Positions 17,748 through 27,386 of a stretch of 64,000 nt of DNA are shown here, piece by piece. The DNA comes from Chloroflexota bacterium (GTDB lineage Bacteria > Chloroflexota > Dehalococcoidia > Lucifugimonadales > GCA-002723415). How positions within the stretch are numbered: position 1 is the stretch's first letter; each line of letters begins with the position of its first letter. The position numbers were made by a program, and so were the translations under genes. The notes below the pieces were generated by a model. That model searched no databases and had not been told where the DNA came from. It saw only the letters and a program-made list of their open reading frames with translations. The stretch is from positions 5,607 through 69,606 of the forward strand of contig PBOA01000008.1 in NCBI GenBank assembly GCA_002723415.1. Reading direction: 5' to 3'.

Positions 17748-19118
17748 TTATTTTGATTTTTCGGTTAAGTTTTCGAATCTTACCATTGATCCTCTAAAAT
17801 ATAGAGGTATAGTTGCAAGAGGTCCGTTACGGTGTTTAGCTACAATTATTTCAGCTATATTTTCAGGATAGGGTTTAGTAGGGTTTTTGCTTTCCCATTC
17901 TTCTCGAGTAGTATAATGATCTTCTCTATATATAAATGCAACAATGTCCGCATCTTGTTCAATGCTTCCACTTTCTCTTAAATCAGATAAAATGGGCCTG
18001 TGGTTTGGGCGTTGCTCTACTGCCCTACTTAACTGAGAACAGGCTAATACTGGTACATCTAAATCCCTAGCAATTCCTTTTAAAGATCTAGATATTTCAC
18101 CCATTTCTTGAACTCTGTTTTCAGACCTCCATCCATTTGAAGTCCCACTTAGTAATTGCAAATAGTCTACAATTATAAGGTCAAGACCTTGCTCAGCTTG
18201 TAATCTTTTTGCTTTACTACGTATCTCCATTATATTTTGAATAGGTGTGTCATCGATGTATATAGGAAGGTCTGAAAGTTCTCCTATAGCGTCAAGTATT
18301 CGGCGTTCTTCAGTTTCATTAATTAATCCAACTCTTAATCTATGAGTATCTACATTTGATTCACTAGAGAGTAGCCTTAAAACGATTTGTTCATTACTCA
18401 TTTCTAAGCTAAAAATTCCAACAGAAGAACCATTTATTGCAGCATGTTTAGCAATGTTAAATACAAGGCTACTTTTACCTAAACTTGGTCTTGCTGCTAA
18501 TACAACCATATCAGAACGTTGTAATCCGCCTCCTATTAATTTATCAATATCTATGAATCCAGTCGATATTGGTGCAAGACGGTCTGAAGTACTATCTTGC
18601 ATAGCGGAACTTTCTTGCAGATATGCATCTAATACTTCTCGAATATGTTCAAAATCTCTTGATGCTCGGTCTGTTCTTATTTTGTAAATAGATTCTTCAG
18701 CTTCACTTAATGCTTGGTTTGTATCTGGCAAATTACTAAACCCAATATTTGTAATTTGACTTCCTGCTTGCACAATACGTCGCATTATTGAAGTTCTATG
18801 TATAATTCTTGCATATTCTTCAATATGTACTGAGGTTGGTACAATATTAACTAAATGATTTAAGTAGTCAATTCCTCCAATATTCTCTAATTTATCTTGA
18901 AGAGATAATTCATGAGCTAAGGATACTTGATTAATCCCTTCCATGCGTTCTAATAGTGATAAGCATGCTTGAAAACACCATTTTATTTTTTCACTATAAA
19001 TATCTTCAGATTTAAGAAAATGACTGATTTTAGTAATTGATTCAGAATCAATTAAAATAGAACCGATTAAAGATTCCTCTGCTTCTATATCGTGAGGTAA
19101 GAGCCTATCTGTATACAT
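17748..19118 (-). CDS. dnaB: Replicative DNA helicase
   Basis: N-terminal PHDIEAEESLIGSIL, Walker A ARPSLGKSS, Walker B IIVDYLQL and a C-terminal AKHRNGP motif. 456 aa with no intein. Confidence 0.95.
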   Translation of the reverse strand: MYTDRLLPHDIEAEESLIGSILIDSESITKISHFLKSEDIYSEKIKWCFQACLSLLERMEGINQVSLAHELSLQDKLENIGGIDYLNHLVNIVPTSVHIEEYARIIHRTSIMRRIVQAGSQITNIGFSNLPDTNQALSEAEESIYKIRTDRASRDFEHIREVLDAYLQESSAMQDSTSDRLAPISTGFIDIDKLIGGGLQRSDMVVLAARPSLGKSSLVFNIAKHAAINGSSVGIFSLEMSNEQIVLRLLSSESNVDTHRLRVGLINETEERRILDAIGELSDLPIYIDDTPIQNIMEIRSKAKRLQAEQGLDLIIVDYLQLLSGTSNGWRSENRVQEMGEISRSLKGIARDLDVPVLACSQLSRAVEQRPNHRPILSDLRESGSIEQDADIVAFIYREDHYTTREEWESKNPTKPYPENIAEIIVAKHRNGPLATIPLYFRGSMVRFENLTEKSK

Positions 19119-19270
19119 TATGTATAATCCATTCAGAAAATAAAGAAATATTTATAAAAATTACCAAAGGATAATTATTATAAAATAGTAATTTGAAAAA
19201 TAATACTCTGTTTTAACTTAAATACATTATGTTTAATTCTTTTTGAATATAATAATTATATTATTTTCTT

Positions 19271-19813
19271 TTAAATAGATTGAGAGGATTCTTCTTTTGC
19301 AGATTTTGCTTCAGCTGCGTCTTCTTTTCCTTCGATTTCAGCTGCGTCTTCCCATATGGGTTCTGTGCCTGTAGCATGTACAAGAAGTTTTATTGTTGCA
19401 GTTAATTCAGGGTATAAATTAACAGGGATATTATATATTCCTGTTTCTCTAATTGTGTCTTTAGCTTGAATCATTCTTCTATGTATATCTTTTTCTGTTA
19501 ATTCAGATAATTTTTGAGCAATGATTGTGTCTGTTACTGAACCAAATAATTTACCGTTTGCACCAGCTCTACTTTCAATGGATATTTGCATTCCATCTAA
19601 TTCTTCAGTTAAAGCTTTGAAATTGGCAATTACTTTGATTCTTTTTTCTTCAGCTTGTTTTGTTAATTTTTGGACTCTTTGCATAGAATTTTGTGTCGCA
19701 GGTATTGCAAGTTTTTTAGGTATTAAATAATTTCTTGCAAAACCATTTTTCACCTCTTTGATTTCACCACCATTTGCTACGCCTTGAACGTCTTCTAAGA
19801 ATACAACTTTCAT
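19271..19813 (-). CDS. rplI: 50S ribosomal protein L9 with acidic C-terminal tail
   Basis: MKVVFLEDV...GEIKEVKNGFARNYLIPKKLA N-domain, upstream of dnaB as in many bacteria. The tail has a repeated EDAAE motif. Confidence 0.92.
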   Translation of the reverse strand: MKVVFLEDVQGVANGGEIKEVKNGFARNYLIPKKLAIPATQNSMQRVQKLTKQAEEKRIKVIANFKALTEELDGMQISIESRAGANGKLFGSVTDTIIAQKLSELTEKDIHRRMIQAKDTIRETGIYNIPVNLYPELTATIKLLVHATGTEPIWEDAAEIEGKEDAAEAKSAKEESSQSI

Positions 19814-19942
19814 ACTTGAATCCTATTAAATAATATCGGGATTAAAATTAATATTTACAATTAAGATTATATCATAATATTTAACAACTACATAATTTAA
19901 ATTTTTAGAATTAAACTTTTTGATTAGATAGTAATTGTTTAG

Positions 19943-21142
19943 TTAGAAAAATTTTAAAAAGACTTCATTAGATAGTAATCGCCCCTTTGGGGTCAATTTA
20001 ATATTATCCTCCGTAATTTCAATTAGATTATGATTATTTAATTCGTCAAAATTATTTGAATATTTATCTAAAGGATTAATATCAAATCGAATTTTAAATT
20101 GTTCTATATCAATTCCAGAATTTAATCTAAGTCCCAACATTATTGTTTCCGACATTTCTAATTCGGTGTTTATTATTTCACTAGTGTCGATAAATTTTAA
20201 CTTTTCATTATTAATTAATCTAAAATTAAATTCATCTAAATTTAAATTATTTAAATGTTTTGTATATTCCCTTGGAGATTTTATGTTGCTAAATCTATAT
20301 GGGGGGATATAGGAATGTGCGCCTGGTCCAATACCTATATAAGTTTTATTTTTCCAATAGTTAATATTGTGCTTGCTTTCAAAACCTGAAATAGCCCAAT
20401 TAGATATTTCGTAATGTAAATAATTGTTTTTAGACATAATTTCTTCGGTTTTTGAATACATATCTGCAACTATGTCGTCATTTTGTTTGGGTAATTTACC
20501 TTCTTTTATCCATTCATTCATTGGAGTTCCTTCTTCAAGTGTTAAAGCATACATAGAGACATGTAAAGGTTTTAAAGATAATAGTTGATAAAGAGTATCT
20601 ACCCATTTATCAGTGCTTTGATTAGGAAGCCCATACATTAAATCTAAGTTGATATTTTTAAATCCGGATTCTTTAATTAGATAATATGCTTCAATAGCAT
20701 TTTGTGATGAATGTCTTCTTCCAAGTACTTTTAAAAGTGAGTTGTCAAATGTTTGTACTCCAAGACTTATTCTATTAATACCAGATTTATAATAAGTTTT
20801 TAAATTTGATTTAGTTAAATCATTAGGATTTGATTCTAAGGTGATTTCGGAATCTTTAGTAAGTTTAAATTTATAAAAAATTGTTTCCATTAATTTTTCT
20901 ATATACTTACTAGGTATATATGATGGCGTTCCTCCTCCAATAAATATAGATTTAATCTCTGTCTTATTAAAATAATTTGACCAAAATATAGCTTCTGATT
21001 CTAGCGCATTAATATAGGAAGGAATTAATGATTCTAATTTTGCGTAAGTATTGAAGTCACAATAAAAACATTTAGTTTGGCAAAAAGGTATATGGATGTA
21101 TAATGAAGCTTCATTAGCGATAGCAAAATTGTTATTGCTCAT
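19943..21142 (-). CDS. hemW: Radical SAM family heme chaperone HemW (oxygen-independent coproporphyrinogen oxidase-like)
   Basis: LYIHIPFCQTKCFYCDF (CxxxCxxC), GGGTPS, and a C-terminal HemN_C-like region. 399 aa. Confidence 0.85.
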   Translation of the reverse strand: MSNNNFAIANEASLYIHIPFCQTKCFYCDFNTYAKLESLIPSYINALESEAIFWSNYFNKTEIKSIFIGGGTPSYIPSKYIEKLMETIFYKFKLTKDSEITLESNPNDLTKSNLKTYYKSGINRISLGVQTFDNSLLKVLGRRHSSQNAIEAYYLIKESGFKNINLDLMYGLPNQSTDKWVDTLYQLLSLKPLHVSMYALTLEEGTPMNEWIKEGKLPKQNDDIVADMYSKTEEIMSKNNYLHYEISNWAISGFESKHNINYWKNKTYIGIGPGAHSYIPPYRFSNIKSPREYTKHLNNLNLDEFNFRLINNEKLKFIDTSEIINTELEMSETIMLGLRLNSGIDIEQFKIRFDINPLDKYSNNFDELNNHNLIEITEDNIKLTPKGRLLSNEVFLKFF

Positions 21143-21210
21143 ATGTCAAATAGTACACGTATTTCATATGTTTGTTTTACCACGTAAAGGGAGTACTATA
21201 ATTGAAATAT

Positions 21211-21570
21211 TCATTGTAAATTATCCCCCTGTTGTTCATCTTCATCATCGATAATTTTATAATCGTTTACTATAACTGAATTTTTTTGTTTATTGTCATT
21301 TGAATTTGCTATAATCTTTTTGGATGCTTTTCCAACAAAAAACATTATAGCAAGTAATATAATTAAAATATCATCAAAATATCCTAATATTGGTATGAAA
21401 TCTCTTATTAAATCTATGGGAGACATTAAATATAATAATGCTCCCGGTATTAAAATTTTATATTTAATAGGAACTCGTGGATCAATCATTAATTTATATA
21501 TTAATTTAGGTATTTTTGTTAAATTAGATAAAAATGGCAATAATCGAATAAAATTAATTAAAATATGCAT
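21211..21570 (-). CDS. DUF1232/YkvA family membrane protein
   Basis: DLIRDFIPILGYFDD matches the DUF1232 core motif; two TM segments. The antisense 96-aa ORF is disregarded. Confidence 0.65.
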   Translation of the reverse strand: MHILINFIRLLPFLSNLTKIPKLIYKLMIDPRVPIKYKILIPGALLYLMSPIDLIRDFIPILGYFDDILIILLAIMFFVGKASKKIIANSNDNKQKNSVIVNDYKIIDDEDEQQGDNLQ

Positions 21571-21635
21571 ATATGTAACTTAGTGAAGATTTTTTATTTA
21601 TTATATATTTATTTTCGTATCAATGGAAATTTAAT

Positions 21636-22607
21636 ATGAAAAACTTATTTTATGGTGAAAATTATTTAGCTTTAAATCAAGCTGTAACTGATATTATAAA
21701 TAGTATAGAGCCTAATGAGCTTAAAGATGTTAATTTTACTAAATTAGATATTGTGAAGACGTCTTATGATGATTTTGTAATATCTACTTCAGCAATACCA
21801 TTTATGGTGAATAAAAGAATTATAATTGTTCAAAATTTGATTTCTAATATAGAAAAATTAAAGAACAATCATTCTAACAATAATCAAACGAACTCTTGGA
21901 ATAACTTACCTAAATATTTGAAAAATTTTCCTGCAACAACGCATTTAGTAGTAATAGAAGAAGCAATAAAAATTAAAAATAATAACTTCATTCAAAAAAT
22001 ATTAGATGAATTCCAAATAAAAAATTTTCGGGCCCCAAGTATACAGGAACTCCCTGAATGGATTATGAAGAGGGCTGAGGTTAAAAATATTAGTATAGAT
22101 TTTAAAATTGCAAAAGCTATATCAGATGCTGTAGGTGTGAATCTTAGAATTATTGATTCGGAATTAGAAAAACTTAGTTTGTATACCAATAATATTACTG
22201 AAAAAGATGTTGAAAAAGTAGTATCTCATGCAACGGATCCAAACATTTTTCACGCTGTTGATGCTTTATTAGATAATAATAAATCTATCGCATTAAAACA
22301 TATTAAAGAGCTCTTTATTGATGGTAAGAGAGCTTCATATATTATTAATATGATTACTAGGCAACTACGATTAATATTATTTGCAAAACATTATTATAAT
22401 ATTGGATATAATGAATCTAGAATCGGTTCTTTATTATCTTTAAGAGGGTACCCTTTAAGAAAAATTTTAGAACAAAATCTGAGGATTAATAGAGAAATAC
22501 TTGTTGAAATATATTCTCAGTTAATTAAACTTGATACTTCGCTAAAGACTAGTAATATTGATGAAGAATTTGCTTTAGAAATATTTATTTCTGGATTAAG
22601 AGTTTAA
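21636..22607 (+). CDS. holA: DNA polymerase III subunit delta
   Basis: 323 aa. The N-terminal pattern (LFYGENYLA...), a central AIxxAVGxNLxxIxxELEKL-like segment (AISDAVGVNLRIIDSELEKLSLY) and length fit HolA. Sequence is divergent. Confidence 0.75.
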   Translation: MKNLFYGENYLALNQAVTDIINSIEPNELKDVNFTKLDIVKTSYDDFVISTSAIPFMVNKRIIIVQNLISNIEKLKNNHSNNNQTNSWNNLPKYLKNFPATTHLVVIEEAIKIKNNNFIQKILDEFQIKNFRAPSIQELPEWIMKRAEVKNISIDFKIAKAISDAVGVNLRIIDSELEKLSLYTNNITEKDVEKVVSHATDPNIFHAVDALLDNNKSIALKHIKELFIDGKRASYIINMITRQLRLILFAKHYYNIGYNESRIGSLLSLRGYPLRKILEQNLRINREILVEIYSQLIKLDTSLKTSNIDEEFALEIFISGLRV

Positions 22608-22610
22608 TAT

Positions 22611-23249
22611 TTATTTAAATTTAACTGAGCGAAAATTACCTGACTTGATTTCTCGAATTAAATCTTTAATATCTTTTATTGGGTTAAAAAATTCTGTAGC
22701 AAATGTTCCAATGTGTTCAATCTGATGTGCATCACTTGCTCCAGTACCTTTCATTTTTAATTTTTTAGTTAGGTCTGATGAGAATTTATTTTCTTTTTTT
22801 GATCCTTTACCATTGAATTCTTCAATTGCATCGGATAATTGGAATACTGGATTTTCTGAAGCTTTATCAATCATTTTTTTATAATTCACCTCATCTATAT
22901 CTTTATATTCTGAATAATTTCTTCTATATGGATGGGCAACTATAATTGCGCCGTTTTCTTCGTCAATTAATTTTTTTACAAAGGATGCTCTATGCATACC
23001 AAATATATATTTTTTGAGTCCGTAAACTAATAAATGGCCTTCTTCTGTAGTTACTTCACAGCCAGGCAATATAGTAAAGTTATAGTTATCCGCTAGCTTT
23101 TCTATATCTTTTGGTTTCCAAAAGCCATCATGATCTGTGATACATATTCCATCGAGGCCAATTCGTTTTGCTTCAGAAATTAATTGGTCTGGAGTAAGCC
23201 TACTATCATCAGAAGTTGGGTAAGTGTGAGTATGAAGATCTATAATCAA
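22611..23249 (-). CDS. PHP-domain metal-dependent phosphoesterase
   Basis: IDLHTHTYPTSDDS, ICITDHD, AHPYR and GASDAHQ give the His/Asp ligand pattern of PHP domains. It is a paralogue of 39056-39697. Confidence 0.7.
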   Translation of the reverse strand: MIIDLHTHTYPTSDDSRLTPDQLISEAKRIGLDGICITDHDGFWKPKDIEKLADNYNFTILPGCEVTTEEGHLLVYGLKKYIFGMHRASFVKKLIDEENGAIIVAHPYRRNYSEYKDIDEVNYKKMIDKASENPVFQLSDAIEEFNGKGSKKENKFSSDLTKKLKMKGTGASDAHQIEHIGTFATEFFNPIKDIKDLIREIKSGNFRSVKFK

Positions 23250-23337
23250 TTTTTATAACAGTATTTTTTAAAATTAGCATTGTAATTAGTTTCCCATTGG
23301 ACTTAAATTGTGTCAATATTATATAGAATTATTGTGA

Positions 23338-23880
23338 GTGAATAAATTGATTGATAATAAATTGCCAAATATGTATAAGTTAATAATCCTTGGGATTATT
23401 GGCTTTCTCGTTGCAGGACTAGCTATTTTACCTAGGTATTTATCAGTGACTGATATAGCTGGATATTATGGTGTATTTATGCTTAGCTTTCTAGGCAGTG
23501 TATCTATGGTACTTCCAGTCCCTGGGTTGATTTCTATGTGTGGATTAAGTGCACTGTTAAATCCAATATTATTAGGAATTGTAGCAGGAATTGCAGAAAC
23601 TGTCGGAGAGTTGTCTGGTTATATTCTGGGGTTTTTTGGATCGTATATTATAGAGAAAAAAAGGATATATTTAAAATTACATTCTCTAATGAAAAACAAA
23701 GGGTATTTGATAATATTTTTATTTTCTATTATTCCGAATCCTTTATTTGATATTATAGGGATATCTGCAGGAATTCTTAAGCTTTCAATATATAAATTTT
23801 TAATTGTTGTATTAATTGGTAAATTGATTAAAGGTATAGTTATTTCATTTGCGTGTAATTTAGGATTCAATATGTTTTAG
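23338..23880 (+). CDS. DedA/VTT (SNARE-associated)-like membrane protein
   Basis: Four or five TM helices and a GELSGYILGFFG motif resembling the DedA/YqaA core. GTG start. Confidence 0.55.
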   Translation: MNKLIDNKLPNMYKLIILGIIGFLVAGLAILPRYLSVTDIAGYYGVFMLSFLGSVSMVLPVPGLISMCGLSALLNPILLGIVAGIAETVGELSGYILGFFGSYIIEKKRIYLKLHSLMKNKGYLIIFLFSIIPNPLFDIIGISAGILKLSIYKFLIVVLIGKLIKGIVISFACNLGFNMF

Positions 23881-23973
23881 ATTAATTAATTCTATTTTTA
23901 GATTGATTTGAAATAGGAGTAGAGTATATAATCGATTAATAAATTACAATTAATTTCCTTGGAAAGGTTCATT

Positions 23974-24159
23974 ATGCGTTTTAATTTTGGTATTGATAAA
24001 GGTCTTACTAGAAGACAATTTATGAAAGGGTTACCCTTAGGCTTATTATCTGCTATAGCTGCAGGGATAGTATCGAGAAGAATTTTTGGATCTTCTGATA
24101 AGGAACGATATTCAAAAAGTTTACCCAAAGGTTCTATATATACTCCAAAAGACAGTTGA
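23974..24159 (+). CDS. 61-aa mini-protein consisting of a twin-arginine (Tat) signal plus a short polar tail
   Basis: LTRRQFMKGLPLGLLSAIAAGIV is close to the S/T-R-R-x-F-L-K consensus plus h-region. GGAAAGG lies 6 nt upstream of ATG 23974 (track TTG start 23959 is less likely). Confidence 0.4.
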   Translation: MRFNFGIDKGLTRRQFMKGLPLGLLSAIAAGIVSRRIFGSSDKERYSKSLPKGSIYTPKDS

Positions 24160-24232
24160 TTTTTAAAATTATATATATTTTTATAATAAGAGTAATTGGT
24201 TTATTTTAGAATTATTCAAAGAGGTTTTTCGT

Positions 24233-25678
24233 GTGTCATTGCAACCAGTAATATTATCAGGAGGTTCTGGTACTAGGCTTTGGCCACTTTCTAGAGAATT
24301 TTATCCTAAGCAATTTTTGAATTTATTGGGTGAAAATTCAATGTTCCAATTAACTATAAATAGATTAGATAATATAGTTGATGCTAATGATCCAATTATT
24401 GTTTGTAATGAAGAACATAGATTTTTAGTCCTTGAACAATTAAAAGAATTAAATTATAAAACTAATTCAATAATATTAGAGTCAATTGCTAGAAACACAG
24501 CCCCAGCTTTAACTTTGGCAGCATTAGATATTTTAAATAGTAACAATTCAGATACGGTTATGCTAGTATTGCCAGCTGACCATATAATAGGAAATACTTC
24601 TGAATTTCATAGAGTAATAAATTTAGGTAAAACACTTGCAGAAAAAAATAATATCGTGATGTTTGGAATTGAGCCTAAAATTCCCAATAATTCTTATGGG
24701 TACATTGAATTAGGAGATTTAATAAATATTGGGAAAGACTCTAAGTCAATTGGATATAGGATAAATAGTTTTATAGAAAAACCAGATATATCAATTGCTA
24801 GAGATTTAATTCAATCAGAGAGATATTTGTGGAATAGTGGTATTTTTATGTTAAAACCGTCTGTTTGGCTAAATGCAATAAAAAAATACCAACCAGATAT
24901 TTATGAAATATGTAGTAAGGCATATGACAAAGCCGAAATAGATGGGGAGTTTTTGAGGCCTGATTCAAGTTTTTTGCAAAAATGCCCTGAAGATTCTATT
25001 GATTATGCTGTTATGGAGAATTTAGATGGGCAAAAAGAATCGAATAGCTTTGTTTTACCATTTGATTCCATGTGGTCTGATTTAGGGTCTTGGTCAGCTT
25101 TATGGGGTATTAGGGATAAAGATTCAAAAGGTAATGTTCAAATAGGTGATATTCAAGCTGTTAAAGTAAAAAACTCTTTATTATTTTCAAATGATAAAAT
25201 GATTGCAGCATTAGGATTAGAAGATGTAATCGTTATTGAAACTTCTGATGCAGTTTTGGTTACTCATAGAGGTAATGATGAGGAAGTGAAACAACTTGTA
25301 AAAGATTTAAAGATTGATCAGAGGTCTGAATATCAGACACACAGGAAAGTCCATAGGCCTTGGGGGAATTATGAAATTTTAGATTCTGGAGAAGGGTTTC
25401 AGGTGAAAAAATTAAATGTTAAGCCTGGAGCTTCATTATCTTTACAAGTACATAATTATAGAGCTGAGCATTGGGTAGTTGTTTCAGGAATTGCTAGAGT
25501 TACAATAGGTGAAAATCAATTTTTATTAAAAGAAAATGAATCAACATATGTGCAGATTGGAGTAAAGCATAGGTTAGAAAATGTCGATTCTAAATTACTA
25601 GAAATTATTGAAGTGCAATCTGGTAATTATTTAGGCGAAGATGATATTAAGAGATTTGAAGATAAATATAACCGTTAA
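24233..25678 (+). CDS. manC: Mannose-1-phosphate guanylyltransferase / mannose-6-phosphate isomerase (type II PMI-GMP)
   Basis: N-terminal LSGGSGTRLWPLSR nucleotidyltransferase motif. C-terminal cupin has HRPWGNYE and HNYRAEHWVVVSG. GTG start. Confidence 0.88.
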   Translation: MSLQPVILSGGSGTRLWPLSREFYPKQFLNLLGENSMFQLTINRLDNIVDANDPIIVCNEEHRFLVLEQLKELNYKTNSIILESIARNTAPALTLAALDILNSNNSDTVMLVLPADHIIGNTSEFHRVINLGKTLAEKNNIVMFGIEPKIPNNSYGYIELGDLINIGKDSKSIGYRINSFIEKPDISIARDLIQSERYLWNSGIFMLKPSVWLNAIKKYQPDIYEICSKAYDKAEIDGEFLRPDSSFLQKCPEDSIDYAVMENLDGQKESNSFVLPFDSMWSDLGSWSALWGIRDKDSKGNVQIGDIQAVKVKNSLLFSNDKMIAALGLEDVIVIETSDAVLVTHRGNDEEVKQLVKDLKIDQRSEYQTHRKVHRPWGNYEILDSGEGFQVKKLNVKPGASLSLQVHNYRAEHWVVVSGIARVTIGENQFLLKENESTYVQIGVKHRLENVDSKLLEIIEVQSGNYLGEDDIKRFEDKYNR

Positions 25679-25714
25679 TTTTTTTGATAACCTAGGTATT
25701 GGATTTACTATTTA

Positions 25715-26731
25715 ATGTGGAAAATAATCACTCATGATCAAACTAAGAATCTAATAGTAAAAAGTTTTAGTAATGATACTTTTTTTCATGCGTATATCAT
25801 TTCTGGCAATAGGCATATAGGCAAAATGACTTTGGCTTTGGATATTGCTGCTTCTTTAAATTGTCTTTCAAATTCAGAATTATGTGGGTCTTGTAAACAA
25901 TGTGTTCGTGTATTTAATAACAACCATTCTGATATAAAGATTATAGGAGATGATAAAGAAGGATTAGATTATAATAATAAAACTATATCAATTGAAGTAA
26001 TTAGAAAAATTCAGTCAGAATCAAATTTAAAACCGTTTGAAGGTAAATATCGGGTTTACATCATTAATGGAGCTGAAAATTTAAGTATTGAAGCATCTAA
26101 TGCTTTATTAAAATTATTAGAAGAACCTCCTCAGCAAGTAGTATTTATTTTATTAACAATTGATAATGAGTTAATTCTTCCTACAGTTTTGTCTCGGTGT
26201 AAGCAAATTGTATTACGTCCGATTCAAAATAACTTAGTAGAAGAATATCTTCTTAACAATTATGATATTTCAGCAGATCAAGCTTCAGGCCTTAGTAGAG
26301 CTTCCAAAGGTTTATTAGGGTGGGCTATTAGAGCTTATTATGACTCAAATATAATTATAGAACGTGATCAAATATTAGATAAACTTCAGAAGTTAATTTT
26401 TGCAGACGATATCGATAGATTTGAATATGCAAAAGAGTTGTCAAATCGATTTGTAAAAAATAAGAATGATGTATATTCAGACCTAGAACTATGGGTAGAG
26501 TTATGGCGAGATATTTTATATATTAAATTGAATGTACCTGAATTAATAGTAAATACTTCTAGGAAAAAGTCTTTATATAAAGTTTCTCAGTTAATGAGTA
26601 ATTATAGTATTGTCAATTTGTTAAGAAAAATTGAAGAGACAGAATCAAATTTAAAAATCAATATAAATCCAAGATTAATTTTTGAATCATTAATGTTAGA
26701 TATTCCTATTTTACAATCAGATCATATTTGA
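25715..26731 (+). CDS. holB: DNA polymerase III subunit delta prime
   Basis: HAYIISGNRHIGK (degenerate P-loop), zinc module CLSNSELCGSCKQC, NALLKLLEEPP and SRC sensor motifs. Confidence 0.8.
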   Translation: MWKIITHDQTKNLIVKSFSNDTFFHAYIISGNRHIGKMTLALDIAASLNCLSNSELCGSCKQCVRVFNNNHSDIKIIGDDKEGLDYNNKTISIEVIRKIQSESNLKPFEGKYRVYIINGAENLSIEASNALLKLLEEPPQQVVFILLTIDNELILPTVLSRCKQIVLRPIQNNLVEEYLLNNYDISADQASGLSRASKGLLGWAIRAYYDSNIIIERDQILDKLQKLIFADDIDRFEYAKELSNRFVKNKNDVYSDLELWVELWRDILYIKLNVPELIVNTSRKKSLYKVSQLMSNYSIVNLLRKIEETESNLKININPRLIFESLMLDIPILQSDHI

Positions 26732-26747
26732 ATAATTTATTAAAACT

Positions 26748-27365
26748 TTAATCGTCGTTGTCAGCTTCTTCGTTAGCATCTTCAAGCAGTTCTATAGATA
26801 TTTGGAAATCAGAAGGTATAAAGCCAAGTGAGTTAGCAGGTAATTTATGTATAGTGTCTAGAAATATATCAACAGATGTTGAATCTACAAGCCTGTTTTG
26901 CAAACCTAATCTAACAGTTTTTACATCAATTTGGTCAGTAATGCTAGTTACAGTATCGTTATCAATGTTTTCAAAATCGTAAGCAAATCTTGCTGAAAAA
27001 ATTATTATTGATGAAGAAATAACTATACCTATGACTAATCCTAAAGTTATACCTCCTAAAGAGTCTATTAATGAAGATATTCCTAATGTTGCCACAGATA
27101 AAATAGGGCGTATAATTTTAGCAATCCAGCTACCTACCATTAATCCTGCAGAAATAATTATTATGTATGATACTACAGTGACTAATGTGTCAGAAGATAC
27201 TGAATCGGAAAAAGTAGAACCTAAATCATCAGCTAATTGACCTGCTATTAACCAGCCGACAAATCCACCAATCACCATTATTAAGGCTGTTATGATGCCA
27301 GTTCTCATACCAAAAACAGATGAACCTATGAGTACTATTAAAATTATTATATCTAGCCAATTCAT
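26748..27365 (-). CDS. cvpA: CvpA family membrane protein
   Basis: MNWLDIIILIVLIGSSVFGMRTGII N-terminus typical of CvpA, four TM helices and an acidic C-terminal tail. Confidence 0.75.
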   Translation of the reverse strand: MNWLDIIILIVLIGSSVFGMRTGIITALIMVIGGFVGWLIAGQLADDLGSTFSDSVSSDTLVTVVSYIIIISAGLMVGSWIAKIIRPILSVATLGISSLIDSLGGITLGLVIGIVISSSIIIFSARFAYDFENIDNDTVTSITDQIDVKTVRLGLQNRLVDSTSVDIFLDTIHKLPANSLGFIPSDFQISIELLEDANEEADNDD

Positions 27366-27386
27366 GATTTTATCCTATTCGAATTT

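Noticed and set aside
19311-19352. Perfect 15-nt direct repeat TTCAGCTGCGTCTTC (19311-19325 and 19338-19352)
   Set aside because: It is in-frame inside the rplI 3' end and simply encodes the duplicated EDAAE of the acidic tail. It is not a regulatory or mobile repeat.
21293-21583. 96-aa plus-strand ORF
   Set aside because: It is antisense to the ORF carrying the DUF1232 core motif DLIRDFIPILGYFDD.
23898-24128. 76-aa minus-strand ORF overlapping the Tat mini-protein gene
   Set aside because: It has no SD or motif. The plus-strand frame has a near-consensus Tat motif and a good SD. The choice remains low-confidence.
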